Of a DNA stretch of 32,558 nt, positions 1 through 11,774 are shown piece by piece. Location: the NCBI GenBank assembly GCA_051941275.1, contig JAVEBF010000079.1:1-32558 (forward strand), written 5' to 3'. The notes under the pieces were generated by a model. It saw only the letters and a program-made list of their open reading frames with translations, ran no database searches and was not told the origin of the DNA. Both the position numbers and the translations under genes were made by a program. This DNA is from Dirinaria sp. TL-2023a. Taxonomy: Eukaryota. Position 1 is the stretch's first letter; each line of letters starts with the position of its first letter.

Positions 1-267
1 TTTCCCACTACTGTACGGAGTACGCGAAGTACCATGGCCCTTGCTTCAGCTTGAGTGCTCAATACCTACCTTAAATACTAGCGATCACTAGCTGATTCTA
101 CAAGCGTGTCCACGCGATCATGAATCATGATCCTCGGAGATTTGCTAGCTAGATTCAAAGTCTTCGCACCTCTTCAGTTAAACTTTTCTCACAGATAAAA
201 TATTGTCCTGACAAACCAAGTCCTGTCTCTACCAAATCTCCAACCCTAATCCTGCCCTCAAATTCAC

Positions 268-742
268 TCAAATAGCCTTGACCGCTACCTCCACTTTGTA
301 AGCCTCTGCCGCCAATCGCTCCACGCCGACCATCGTCCATAGCGGCTGGTGATCCGGCATCCACTGCTTCATACACCTGAGCATTTCCTTCTTATGATCC
401 TCATCCAGGCCCACATGATAGCTGGTCATTGTGTAAACACGTGTCCAGCCGCCTTCGCATCCGGCGAACTTTAGCACCGCATCGACGTTCTGGAAGGCTT
501 GGTCCATCTGAGCAGGAAGAGTTGCGGGGATGCTGCCTTTGGGACTGAGCGCCGCTAAAAAAAGGTTAGTAACTTTTGAGGGAGCTCAGAAGGATAGGAG
601 ATCAGGAGGGTGAGGAGAAAGGAGGCTTGCTTTGGCCGGAGGTTTCGTAGACGCCGTTCAGGTGCGCGACTTGCGAGAACCAAAACTTTTCTCGTAGCTG
701 CTCGCCGATGCCAGAAGGTGTGCTGAACTTCAGGCCATCCAT
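268..742 (-). CDS. Rid/YjgF/YER057c/UK114 (endoribonuclease L-PSP) family protein, ~132 aa, 2 exons (742-631, 554-268)
   Basis: Spliced product MDGLKFSTPSGIGEQLREKFWFSQVAHLNGVYETSGQ|TALSPKGSIPATLPAQMDQAFQNVDAVLK...WMPDHQPLWTMVGVERLA...KVEVAVKAI. SQ, SGQ, QAFxN and VEV motifs are typical of the family. The 76-nt intron (630-555) has a GCAAGC donor, TACTAAC branch and TAG acceptor, and frame is preserved. Confidence 0.9.
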
Positions 743-1512
743 GGTGACGGAGATACTCAGTTCAACTATTCAAGGAGAGCGGTTGGTGTGCGGTGGGATA
801 GGTGCAAAAATTTCTACCTGAAAGGTTGAAAGACGCAAAGAGAGCGCACGCTGACAAAACTGTCGCAGTGGTCGGGAAAGTGCGCTGGAACCAATCGTTG
901 GCTGCAAAGTATACTGGTAGGTTGCAGAGGAAGGGAGCACACCGCTCCTTTCTTGATTGCCTTCGACCCCATGATTACGCTATCACTCTCCGACAGTCTA
1001 CCTGAAGTCGCATTCTCTAAGAGCAAGGGGTTCTGCTTAATTCACGAATTGGAGTGCATCTATTAGGCATCGTTGAGGCCTTACTGTTGGACATTCTCCA
1101 AAGAATCTACAACCTCCTTCTAACGGTTCCAACGATAATGAATTGCAATTACTTGGCAGCCGCCGAGTTCAAGCGGGGTTTCCCGAGACCAAATCGAGGG
1201 CATCACTTCGCGATATCGAAAGATCAACTACAGAAGACGGTCCAATCTCTGCAGTGAGGATCGTGGAATCAATTCCAAAATCGAGGACATGGAATCACGA
1301 GTACAATTCCTGACATGAAGGAGAGAATGGAATTCTGTACTCGAGGGGATTCGATTCCCGTACTCGAGTAGTATCGATTTCGGAATTGAATCCCGTGATT
1401 CCTGTCTCTCCAGAGATGGGGAAGCTTGTGTGATCTTTCCCACCTGATGCTGCCTCCACTGTTCAACGATATTTGGAACGCAATGGACAGACAAGCGTTA
1501 CTCAAGCATTGC

Positions 1513-2879
1513 TCAAGCAAAGGGCGCGAAAGAAATAGTCCTATCAGCAATATTGAAGACGACAAACTGCGACAGAAAGAACGGATCTGCCAGACTCCCA
1601 TGGCCTAGCAAAGTTCCCTGTAGATTCCCCCAGCAATCTGTAACCGCGATCAGAACTTGGACAGATGAAAGGAGGATACAACAGGAAGAGAGCAGAGGTT
1701 ATGGAACTCACTAGACGAGGTATCAAAAATGGCCTGTCCGGAGCGCAGCTTCTCCCCCACTATCACAACGCTCGCGCCCCCAATATGCAGTGTCAGATCC
1801 GGTAGTTGAGCCCCACAGGGTACAGCCCATAGCGTCCCTTGGGCGCTATAATCCTCAGCTCCAGGGACATGGGCATAGTAGGTCTTTGCAACGAGGGGAT
1901 CGACTCGCATGGAAGTACCACCCCCGGAATCTGGATCTCTGGTCTTAGTATCCATGCTCTGTAGGAGGCCTGGGTTCTCAAAAAGCCGAGAAAATGTGAC
2001 TTACCAGCGGCCATTTGCCTCTGCAAAAAGCCCACGCCTTTACCAAGGACGGAAAATGTGACATCACGGACACACCAGAACGAAGGGCACGCGGATCCAA
2101 ACACAGTGGTCAAATTCCCAGAATAGCTCGAATTGTCGATAGCGCCAAGATTCATGACTGCGTTTGATGTATTTCCAAGGTCCAAGGTAAAAACGGGCTG
2201 ATCGAGAGAGTGCAGGACTGCTTCGATGAACCTGGGGTATTCGGTTGACTGGACTTCAAAAGTTCGAAGCGTCAGTCTCCGATGCGATTGACTGCGCAGA
2301 TGAACAAGTACTTGAGAGCATACCAGTAGTTCCCCAGCTCAGCCCCATAATTCCATCGATGTAATCACCGGCGCCGACGGAATCTGCGACACCAATTGCC
2401 ATGCGGGGCACAGACACAGAGCCAAACGCCACAGTGTCTTGCACTAAGCTGCCTGAGACTCTGCTGCCAGTCAGGTAGGTTATGCCAAAGGATTGGCCAT
2501 CAATCTGTGTCGAGGATTCAGAAGGGGTATAGACCTTATGAGAGCCGTCATTGGGTGCTTGAGGACCATAGACCCAGCTATAGGATTGGAACCGTCACTT
2601 TAGCACAAAGAAGGACACGGAAGTGGTGGCTTACAGAATTTCAGAACCGGTGTCGATCGACAGATTGAGGACGCTGCCTCCGATGACGAAGTTTGTCGAC
2701 CATCGACCATAAGGTGTGACATAATCTACAGGAGCGGCCGCTGAACCTGAATCACGTCGTAACTTCAGCGATAGAGAGCGTGGATGCATGGTTGTATCAT
2801 CTTCAGAGACCCGTAGAGCCAGAGCAGAGGGTGGTAAGGCGTACGCAGCCAGCAAGATACGAGTAAACAATGCACGCAT
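1513..2879 (-). CDS. Secreted pepsin-like aspartic protease (peptidase A1), ~363 aa, 5 exons (2879-2635, 2577-2324, 2253-2005, 1930-1712, 1637-1513)
   Basis: Signal-peptide-like N-terminus MRALFTRILLAAYALPPSALA. Motifs: first catalytic IDTGSEILWV, flap FGITYLTGS, DGIMGL, second catalytic ADSGG (Asp codon split by intron 3), VPC, C-terminal FVVFNIADRTISFAP. Four GT-AG introns give a continuous frame. Confidence 0.9.
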
Positions 2880-4686
2880 TTCAAAGGGTTCAATAGACCG
2901 CCAACGAGTAGACGATCAGAGATCGCTAAATCATAGATAGATCTGTAAGCACATTATTATGCAGAAGTTAGTTTGAATACTAAAAGGAACAGCAAGTGCG
3001 AAAACAGCATGATCGCTTGCTGAATCGCTGGAGGTGCCGCGCGTTGCGAGAGCTATGTATCAGGCGCTGAAGGCCAATAGGCCGTTGTAGCGCAAGTACA
3101 TTAACCATGATTCTCGTCGCGTTTACGCATAGAGGTTGAACGGTCCAGATCACGGATGGCCAAAGCGCTATGCGAAGACTATACGAACTAACATCTCATT
3201 TCAATGGTACAGAATGATCGAGGGAAACTCATCTCTCAATTCCTGATCCTGTAGGAGTCGTAAAGTGTCAGGTAAACTCGATTCAAGAAAAAGAGACATG
3301 TACGAAAAAAAAGGGAAAAAAAAGCGAAAGAATCATTGCAACTTCAATATCTATGTATACCGTGCATTCGGAATCGCTTGTCGGGGAGTCGGGAAACATC
3401 CGAGTGGCTTCTTTCCAAGGCCAACCTACATGGCTTATCTATGAGTTCGAAAACCTTAGCTACAACGAAAATCTCTCCCCTAATCTCTAATAAACAGTTT
3501 AAAACCTACGTTCCCCTCCAACGACGGTGGAGTCGTCAGCTTTTACCTATAGATATAAAACCCCCTGTACAAGAAACCATTCCGTACTCTAAAACCAAAA
3601 TTTGAAAGAGTAGAATAAGGTAGAACCGTGTATACCAATTTACATCCTCTAATAAACTATTTTATTCGTAAGGTAAGAATCGAATGTTGTAGAGCGGTGT
3701 TCCCAAGAAGCTGTAGATAGGTAAGGTAGAAACGAGTACTGATTGGCCATGCCAAACACCACTCTGCATGCTCTGCGATGGGGGAAGGACGCTAGTTGGC
3801 CCACTGTCTCCAAGTGACCCTTGCCTACGCCCTCGGGCCAGGAACCCCATCACGGGAAGCGATTGGATATTAGCTACCTTACCTTACCTTATCTATAAAG
3901 TATTTCCGGGCTATACCTACCCCGTCACTCCGTCTCTACAGCCTTAGCTAACATCTCCAATTTTTCATGAAATATACCATGACACATAGGCACAGAAAAT
4001 CGAGTCTGCCATTACATTTTTTGGTCTTGATTAGGACTGGGATTTTTGGAGACAGAATTCGCCGGTGCTGACGTTTCAAGGATGTCAATTGAAGATATAT
4101 GTGTCAAGCGAGAAGTAGTCGATACGTGGGCTCTGCTTGTGGTTCGGTAGGTAGGGAAAAATGGCTATGGCATGTTTTGTATTCTGGAGAGGAAGGATTT
4201 ATGTTTTAGTAAGAGATGTGGATATATCCGTCTATCCGCGAAGGCTTCTAAAATATCTGATATCAGAGGTTGGGCTTTTTGCTGCGAACACCGCGGCTGC
4301 TATGTACATTCGCCTTGTCCAGAGCCATGAATCTGCCTGCTACATGCAGCGGGAGAATATCCAAAGTATTTGAAATTGACATTTTTGATGATACTAAGGA
4401 CTTAAGAATTGCCAGGAGGATGTGGCTCCCTTAAATATCTACACATATGTAAACATAAATGCCAAGATTCAAGGTATAAGCGAAATTCCAACACAAAGTC
4501 CTCCATAGAGCATCCTTCTCTTCTGGAAACTTATGAGATCCAACGTAACACGGCTCGGCCCCATAGAATCTCATAACCCAACAAGCGGCCAACCTACACC
4601 GATTAATTGTGGAGGACTGAGCGGGAATAGGTGTCCAAAACATCGTCCTCGAAGACTTTCTAGAAGCTCGTATTCCCAGGAGCTGC

Positions 4687-5214
4687 TTATCTATCTACAT
4701 AAACCCTGGGGAGTTGCCACGGAACTTCTCTCTCCATGGCCAGTAGCCGATACTCAAGATACTCGGTGTTATATTTAGACTCGGTCGACACAAATGGCCT
4801 ATGTTTGTAGCCGAACGCGCCTATGTGCATCAAGGCGCTTCCGAAAGGCGATGTGTTCCAGGTCCTCGCATCTTTGAGTGCCATCAGAGGCAGACACTCT
4901 GCGTAGGTCATCGTTATTTTTTCGCCCTCCCGGCTTTGCATGTAGTAGCGATGGATTGCTTCTTCGACTTCTTCGCTCAGCGGACTTCGGATGTCGACGC
5001 ACAGCTCCAGCCAGGATATTGGCTGGTATTGGAAGATTCCCTTATTGGCGATTCCGTTTAAGATTGCTGACCGTAGTACAGTCTGGGGATACGCTCGGTA
5101 CACCTCGTTGTATGGTCTCGAGGCAATTGTCAAGTTGATGAGCGTCTCGTGATCTGGTATCTTCTGCAAGACCAACAGCTTGATCTCGGCTGGCAATGTT
5201 TCAAAGGTAGGCAT
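4687..5214 (-). CDS. Hypothetical protein with N-terminal F-box-like motif, 175 aa
   Basis: MPTFETLPAEIKLLVLQKIPDHETLINLTIASRPYNEVY matches the fungal LPxEIxxxI...L..L..AS F-box-like pattern. A TATA-like sequence lies upstream. Confidence 0.7.
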   Translation of the reverse strand: MPTFETLPAEIKLLVLQKIPDHETLINLTIASRPYNEVYRAYPQTVLRSAILNGIANKGIFQYQPISWLELCVDIRSPLSEEVEEAIHRYYMQSREGEKITMTYAECLPLMALKDARTWNTSPFGSALMHIGAFGYKHRPFVSTESKYNTEYLEYRLLAMEREVPWQLPRVYVDR

Positions 5215-7028
5215 TTCTAAAAAAAGGAGTTTGGTTTATTATGCTTGATCAGATGTGGTTTGATGAGATTCGGAAGGTAGAATGTTTGCAGGATTATGCG
5301 GATTAGAAGTTAGGTTAAAGGGTGGATTATATAGATAAATATAGACTTCTAGATGTGTAGCTGCCTATCTTGAGGGTGTTCAAGAATGGCTCATCACACA
5401 TGTCTGCTTAATCACAGAATCCATTCAGCACTGGACTTGTTGACTCACAAAACTGGCTCCTTGTGTAGTCTGAATCGAACACTACCCGAGTGTTCACAAA
5501 AGATGCATATGTGTGATGCAAATATTCCCGAAATCGGCATGAGATTTCTTGCTGAGTGATATCGGCAGAGATCCATGTTGTCAAGTAAGACCATGCTGGT
5601 AAAGAACAAAGGCATTGTTTTGCAGGATCTTTTGACAAATTGGATGAGTTTCTTTGATCGTGACTGAGACTACCGTGGCGGCTTTCGATTTATTGCTACC
5701 TGCCACTATTGGTTGAAGAGGGCATGATTTGCAAGCCTGAGGCCTTGTGCCGAACGTGCTCAGTATCAAAAGTTTTGGCGCTAGCAAAAGCATCTGGGCA
5801 GTCTCTGTTAATTCTTTCATAAATGTATAGGTTTGAGTTGCAACTAGACTTACTATTTCACAAGCACCCTCATGGTCGGACATCATCGATACATTGTAAG
5901 TAGGGTGTGTAAATGCTGGCAGAGGAAGGTCTCAAACACCTAAACTTTCTGCCCTGAGTCTATACATATTTAATGATACGAGCCAGCGTATGGGGTTCTA
6001 CTAATGAAGCGACTCAGCCTAGGATGCCGCCAAGAGACAGAAGAATGCCTCAATGGACAACCATTGAAATTGCCACGATACTGACCAATGTCCACATATG
6101 GAAAGCTAGCTATTGGAATAGCCAACAGATTTTTTTTGAAATAACTTGGAAGGGGAAAGGAGACAGGGTAGGCTGGTATAGCATTTGTAAGTTTGTAGGC
6201 GGCGTAGCACCACCCCTTATCCTCCTGTTGGTCTCCGGCATCTCTGCATAGGCCCGAATGCGGTGTAGACCTCGCACTGCTTCCCTGCTTCTATTTCAGC
6301 TGATTCATATCCAGTACAGCACTACAATATTGCACTGGACCCTCATTTGCCTCTAGGATCGGATGAGAGGGGAGATGTACTTTGAGTATATGTTCCAGGT
6401 TCCAAGAGAATTTCAAGTGCTTTGCCTGAAAATATATTCCCGGGAAACACCGACTGAAGCCTTGTGCCTCAGCCGTTTGGCAATAAAAAGCTTTGAACTG
6501 CATCTTTGTTTTAAGAGCTTGTCATTAGCCAAGTAGAAGAAATTTTGTGGCGACGCGCAATAAGCTTGGTTTGCTCGCTTTGTTTGCTTGAAGCAAGGCC
6601 GATGTGATGTGAGCCTGCTGTCCGGACACTTGGCCACTACGCGTCATTGAGTAGAGGAATCAAGGCATCCCTTCTGTTCTCGTCGACGGCTGCTATACCC
6701 ACGTCTGGCTGGCGTACTTCATGCAGGACTTCTTTTTTCTTTCATCTTAAGCATTGTGATCCTTTTTCAACACCTCATGCCACTGTTGCTGACTGCATAT
6801 ATCACCCTTAATTCATCATCAACATCACCAAACAGGTGTCGAAAACCGCTGTGTGCTGAGTCTACCAACCCAACACTAGGATCTAGATGTTGCTCCCTTC
6901 CTTTCACCATATACTATATAAACGACAACCACCATACCTAGATTTACCAATTATTTTCCATACTACAACAAAGACTACAAAGATCCTCCATGAGTGCGGA
7001 GAACGCTGGTCATTAACAAAAGAAAAAC

Positions 7029-8099
7029 ATGGATTCGCCTAGATACGTCGTTGAATCTTCGGCAGCTCCAATAGGTGATCCTGATCCTGATGGCGACACT
7101 AAGCTGCTACTTGGGCCAGCGCAAGTGCCTATCCCAGTTTCTTCAAAAGTCTTAAGTCTCGCATCTCCTGTTCTCCGCGCCATGCTCGATCCGAGATCCC
7201 TTCCCAAGCCTCCATCTTATGAGGATCCGCCAGAGATCGCATTACCCGATGATGAATCTGTTGCAATGACTTGGATTTGCTTTGCAGTACACTTCCACGA
7301 CTTTACATTTCAGTTTAGTCTATCAACTTTAGGTAGCATGGCCATCATTTGCGACAAGTATGATTTCTCGGCGGCTCTTAGGCCATGGTCCAGCATGTGG
7401 ATACGTCGATCCGTTCCTGAGCCACCAAAGGGTGCAGGAAGCTGGGATCTTATGTGGATAGCCTTTGCTTTCGACGATCAGGACTTATTTACCCTTGCCA
7501 CGAAGAGCTTTGTTTGGAATACTCCGACAGACGTGCAAGAACCAGGACCTTCGAGTGACCTAGACGGAACGGGGCTTGCTCTCTTACCGGAGCGTCTTCC
7601 AGGTAAGTCACTAAGCCTTCACTCTCCCAGCCACCTGTACCAGAAAAACTTGATTAACACATGCCCAGACGCATTGGAATCTCTGAAGCGAGAGATTTCA
7701 TGCCAATTGTCGACTCAAGTCGAGGAGCTCGTGAAGCCTCAACTCTACCACTCAAGTTGCAGACTGCAGGACTGCTCGCATCCGGTACGACTGAGTGACT
7801 TTTTCATAGAGCTGGAAAGTATTGATATCTGGCCGCTCTATGCTCAAATAACGAAGAAAGGATTGGCGAACGCCACAGCTAGCCTTCGAAGCTTTAGAAA
7901 TAACCAAGCTCAACATTACAAAGAATGCGACTGCCTGTCGCAGGTCGACTTCAAACTGTTGATCGGGAAGGTTGTTGACGAGATAGAGAAAGAGCCAATG
8001 CATTTGTGCCTGAATTGCGTTAAGTCAGGGGCTGTTTCAATCCAGGAGGGCAACTGCAGAGCAGAGGCGAGGAGTGTTTGCAAGTTGGAAGTTTCGTAA
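7029..8099 (+). CDS. BTB/POZ domain protein, ~334 aa after removal of in-frame intron 7603-7668
   Basis: DPDGDTKLLLG...VSSKVLSLASPVLRAML...IALPDD...AIICDKYD...LRPW...AFAF is the fungal BTB pattern, with C-terminal LCLNCVK. Intron is GTAAGT...ATTAAC...CAG, 66 nt. Confidence 0.9.
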   Translation: MDSPRYVVESSAAPIGDPDPDGDTKLLLGPAQVPIPVSSKVLSLASPVLRAMLDPRSLPKPPSYEDPPEIALPDDESVAMTWICFAVHFHDFTFQFSLSTLGSMAIICDKYDFSAALRPWSSMWIRRSVPEPPKGAGSWDLMWIAFAFDDQDLFTLATKSFVWNTPTDVQEPGPSSDLDGTGLALLPERLPGKSLSLHSPSHLYQKNLINTCPDALESLKREISCQLSTQVEELVKPQLYHSSCRLQDCSHPVRLSDFFIELESIDIWPLYAQITKKGLANATASLRSFRNNQAQHYKECDCLSQVDFKLLIGKVVDEIEKEPMHLCLNCVKSGAVSIQEGNCRAEARSVCKLEVS

Positions 8100-8397
8100 G
8101 TGGCGCTGCACTCAATGTGTAGTTCGGCATTCGAACTGGTACTGGATACGGAAGACATAGAAGGGTACCAAATTGACAAGGATAGTCATCGCCTGCAATC
8201 GAAATTGGTACCTTGATTTGGGATACGATTCAGTGCTAGACATGTATCTGCAAATTCGTGTTTTCGAAAGCCTTCGGATCGGGCGTAGGAATTTGAGCTG
8301 ATCTCCTGACCCTGGGGGAGAAGATTCGATTTGATAGCCGATGAGGAATCTCACCTAAGGCCGGCTTTCAACCCTGAAGCAGGAGAGTTTGAGCATA

Positions 8398-8726
8398 AAA
8401 TTAGGGTCCCCGCCACACCGCCCTCCTCGCTGGGTAAGGTAAGGTAGGTACTCTTGCTCACATATTAACATGAATGCGTATGACCCCTTCGAAGCCTCAG
8501 AGATAAGGAGATTGATTCTCTTTGCTCTGACAAGGTACGGGTGTCAATCAAAGCTGGTTGAGTGAAGTCACGATGGATTGATTTACCACAAAAATGCCAC
8601 CCCAATATAGGATGATCGTTCAAGGTTAACGGTGTAGAAAAAAGTCGAGGAGTGGGATGGGATCATGGAATAGGGTTCGGCAGCAGAATATCTTAGGGTG
8701 GTGAGGCGGCAGTGGGACCCTAATTT
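8398..8726. repeat. Imperfect inverted repeat pair (~27-32 bp arms) enclosing ~330 bp; possible MITE relic
   Basis: Left arm aaattagggtccc-cgccacaccgccct (8398-8424) versus reverse complement of 8695-8726, aaattagggtccc-actgc-cgcctcaccaccct. Confidence 0.4.
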
Positions 8727-9621
8727 ATTATTGAGATGTTTTCCTCCGACTCCCCTGCATATCTTACCTCCTTACCTGATATTCGCTTCGTTTCAAGTTA
8801 CGCCATAGCTCCCTCACAGTCTTTGTTTCCAATTGATGAAATGTGTGGAGTGCGGCATTGAGAATGTTTGGCCCTAACATTCTATGTCAATGCCACACAT
8901 CTGTAAATGCCTCGAAAATGATGGAAGTAATCGAATGCTTACAGGGACCAAGCGACTAAGAGTGGCTCAAACTATGTGGATCCCTATTTTTATTGAATGC
9001 TCCTCATCTCTTCTTCCTCTGTGGTTCAGTGATATGCGGAATCGCGGGGTTAGTGTGATACAATCCTAGCAATGTCTATCTAGCAAGATAAAGGCCTACA
9101 GACTTACGTATTTTAACATCAACAACATCGTTAGGCTAGCATCCAGTACGACGAAAGCTTTTTTCAGGAGCCTTTAACCATACAAACTACAGCTTCCCTT
9201 TTGGGAAAATTTTTGGAGCTTTTGATACTAAGCGTAGTAGTAGTTATTATCATACAACCACTCCCAGCCCATTTTAGAGGCTTCGCTGTATTAAGTTGAT
9301 TCCTCCACTCCTCTGATATATTACTATTTCTTCTTCCACCCACTTGCTATATCAACCTATCTACACCAGTCCTGACTTAGCTATTTATATTGAGAATAAA
9401 ATTAATTTTCGAATTTCAAGCGATAAGGGCGATGGGGGCAAGCATCACCAATCAAGCCATATGCAGCTGGGAGATCGAGGGTCCATCTCGGAACAGACTG
9501 TTTCCGTTAACAGGCCCCATCCCTTTTCGTAGCAGTACACAGGACCGGGAATGTCGTTCTTCAGCTGCACCAAGTTGCATGTATCGTATACTCTAAAGCA
9601 CACTTATACGCAATTGTTGCG

Positions 9622-11774
9622 ATGTTCAAAGAGCTATACAAAAAGGTAGCCAGGAGGCATGGCGATGAACATGAGCTGGGCCAGGTCATGCGACCGCGGG
9701 AAAGTGTAGGCGAGGCCAATAAGGCGAGTTCCGCAGAGACGATCCCTGAAACAGCACCAGCCGCATCCAAAGACCAGCAGCATCCTGCCATTCCACAAAC
9801 CATTGGTTTGACGAAGGAAGACAAGATCATTGGTCCGAACGCGCCTGTCGGTGACGCTCAAGAAGAGCTTCCTACGCGCCCTCCCAGCAGCCATAGTTCG
9901 ACTGGCGATGGTCAACAGACACAGGATAAGCAGAATGTGCAGCGAAAGAGCCAGGAGAAAGAAGGGACCACAACCCAGGAGGAATCCGAGGACCAAGCGG
10001 GTCAAGCTAACGGCCTTCCCATCGAGAATAAAGACAGCGATACCGCCGAAAACACTGTGGACGAGCAGAATGACGACAGCAAATACCCTGGCGGTACCAC
10101 GCTCATCATCCTCACCTTCGGCCTCTGCATGGCCATGTTCGTCGTAGCTCTGGACAATACAATCATCGCCACCGCCATTCCTCATATCACGACAGTTTTC
10201 GACTCCCTCAACGATGTCGGTTGGTATGGCTCCTCCTACCTCTTGACGACCACCTCACTCCAACCCTCCTTCGGTAAAGTCTACACTTACTTCAACGTGA
10301 AATGGACCTACCTGTGTGCGCTTGTTATATTCGAGCTTGGGTCAGTCATCTGTGCAGCGGCAACCAGCTCGGTCATGCTGATAGTTGGCCGAGCTGTAGC
10401 CGGCGCTGGTGCTGCGGCACTCTTCTCGGGAGGTATGACAATCATAGGATATTCGGTTGCTTTGAGGCGAAGAGCCATCTATATAGCGCTGTTGTCGAGT
10501 ATGTTCGGCATATCCTCGGTCATAGGACCCATCCTAGGCGGCGTGCTTACCGACAGAGCAACCTGGCGGTGGTGCTTCTGGATAAATCTACCCTTCGGAG
10601 GTGTGGCCCTGCTCACGGTCTTCTTTTTCTTCAAGAACCCTGAGAGAAAGCAGACGGATATGACGGTAAAGAAAAAGATAAGGCAAATCGACCTACTGGG
10701 AGCTTTGTTCTTGATTTGTGCGGTTGTGTGCCTGTTGTTGGCCCTGCAGTGGGGCGGAACTACATATCCGTGGCACAATTCCAAGGTCTGGGGATGCCTG
10801 CTAGGCTTCGGGCTGATTATCGCGGTCTTTATTGGCTTGCAGTTCAGGCTAGGTGACAGGTATCTGGAGCCGATGCCCATTGATTTTGGAACAGACTTAA
10901 CCATTGTTAGGGCTACGATTCCTCCCCGAATTATGTCACAGCGTACCATAGCAGCCTCAACTACCTTCTCAGCCTTCCTGGCCATGGGCCTTTACACGTA
11001 TGCCTTCCTACCTAGCTAAGTATCTTGGTGAGCTAATCTTCACGCAGGCAGATTTACTATATACCGTTCTATTTCCAAGCTGTCAAAGGCACCACGGCCG
11101 AAGGATCGGGCATTCGCACAATCCCATACCTTGTCTCAACGACTATCGCTTCTGTCGTTATTGGAGGCGCTATCACTACCTTTGGCTGGTATACGCCTTT
11201 CATGTGGTTTGGCGCTGCCATCTTTACAGTAGGCTCCGGAATGCTGTACACTCTTCGTGTTGCCGATTACGCTGGCTACTGGATCGGTTGGCAATTAATT
11301 GCTGGTATCGGTTCGGGATGTGCTGTACAAATTCCTTTCATCGCGGTGCAGGTCGTACTGCCCGCTAAAGATATGCCCACGGGCAACGCGCTCGCAATCT
11401 TTTTCAATTCGCTCGGCGGCTCCATTTCAATCTCAATTGCACAAAATATTTTCTCGAATACACTAGTTAAGCAGCTTCCCATCCAAGCCCCAGGTGTGAA
11501 CCCGGCTGTCATAATTGGAGCAGGCGCCACCCATGTAAGAGAAGTCACTCCGCCTGAAAAACTGGGTGGCGTGCTACAGGCATATGATATGGCGGTGACC
11601 CGGGCGCTCATCTTGCCTATCGCTGTTGGTGGTCTGGCTTTCATTGCCTCATTATTCGTAAGTAATTCTATGGTAACATAAAATGAATGGGCTTTAGCTG
11701 ATGTGTCTCCACTACAGATGGAAATGAAGAGCGTTAAGGGTAAAAAGCTTGTCGCCGCCGCCGGCGGCGCATAG
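9622..11774 (+). CDS. MFS drug/toxin:H+ antiporter (DHA2, 14-TMS type), ~663 aa, 4 exons (9622-10859, 10911-10997, 11048-11657, 11718-11774)
   Basis: Motifs ALDNTIIATAIPHIT, DVGWYGSSYLL, FELGSVICAAA, GRAVAGAG, GPILGG, WRWCFWINLP, YYIPFYFQ. Three canonical introns give a continuous frame. Long hydrophilic N-terminus. Confidence 0.95.

Noticed and set aside
3400..3950. TA-rich tract with (AAGGT)n motifs as RIP-mutated transposon
   Set aside because: No termini or transposase remnants identifiable; simple-sequence motifs only.
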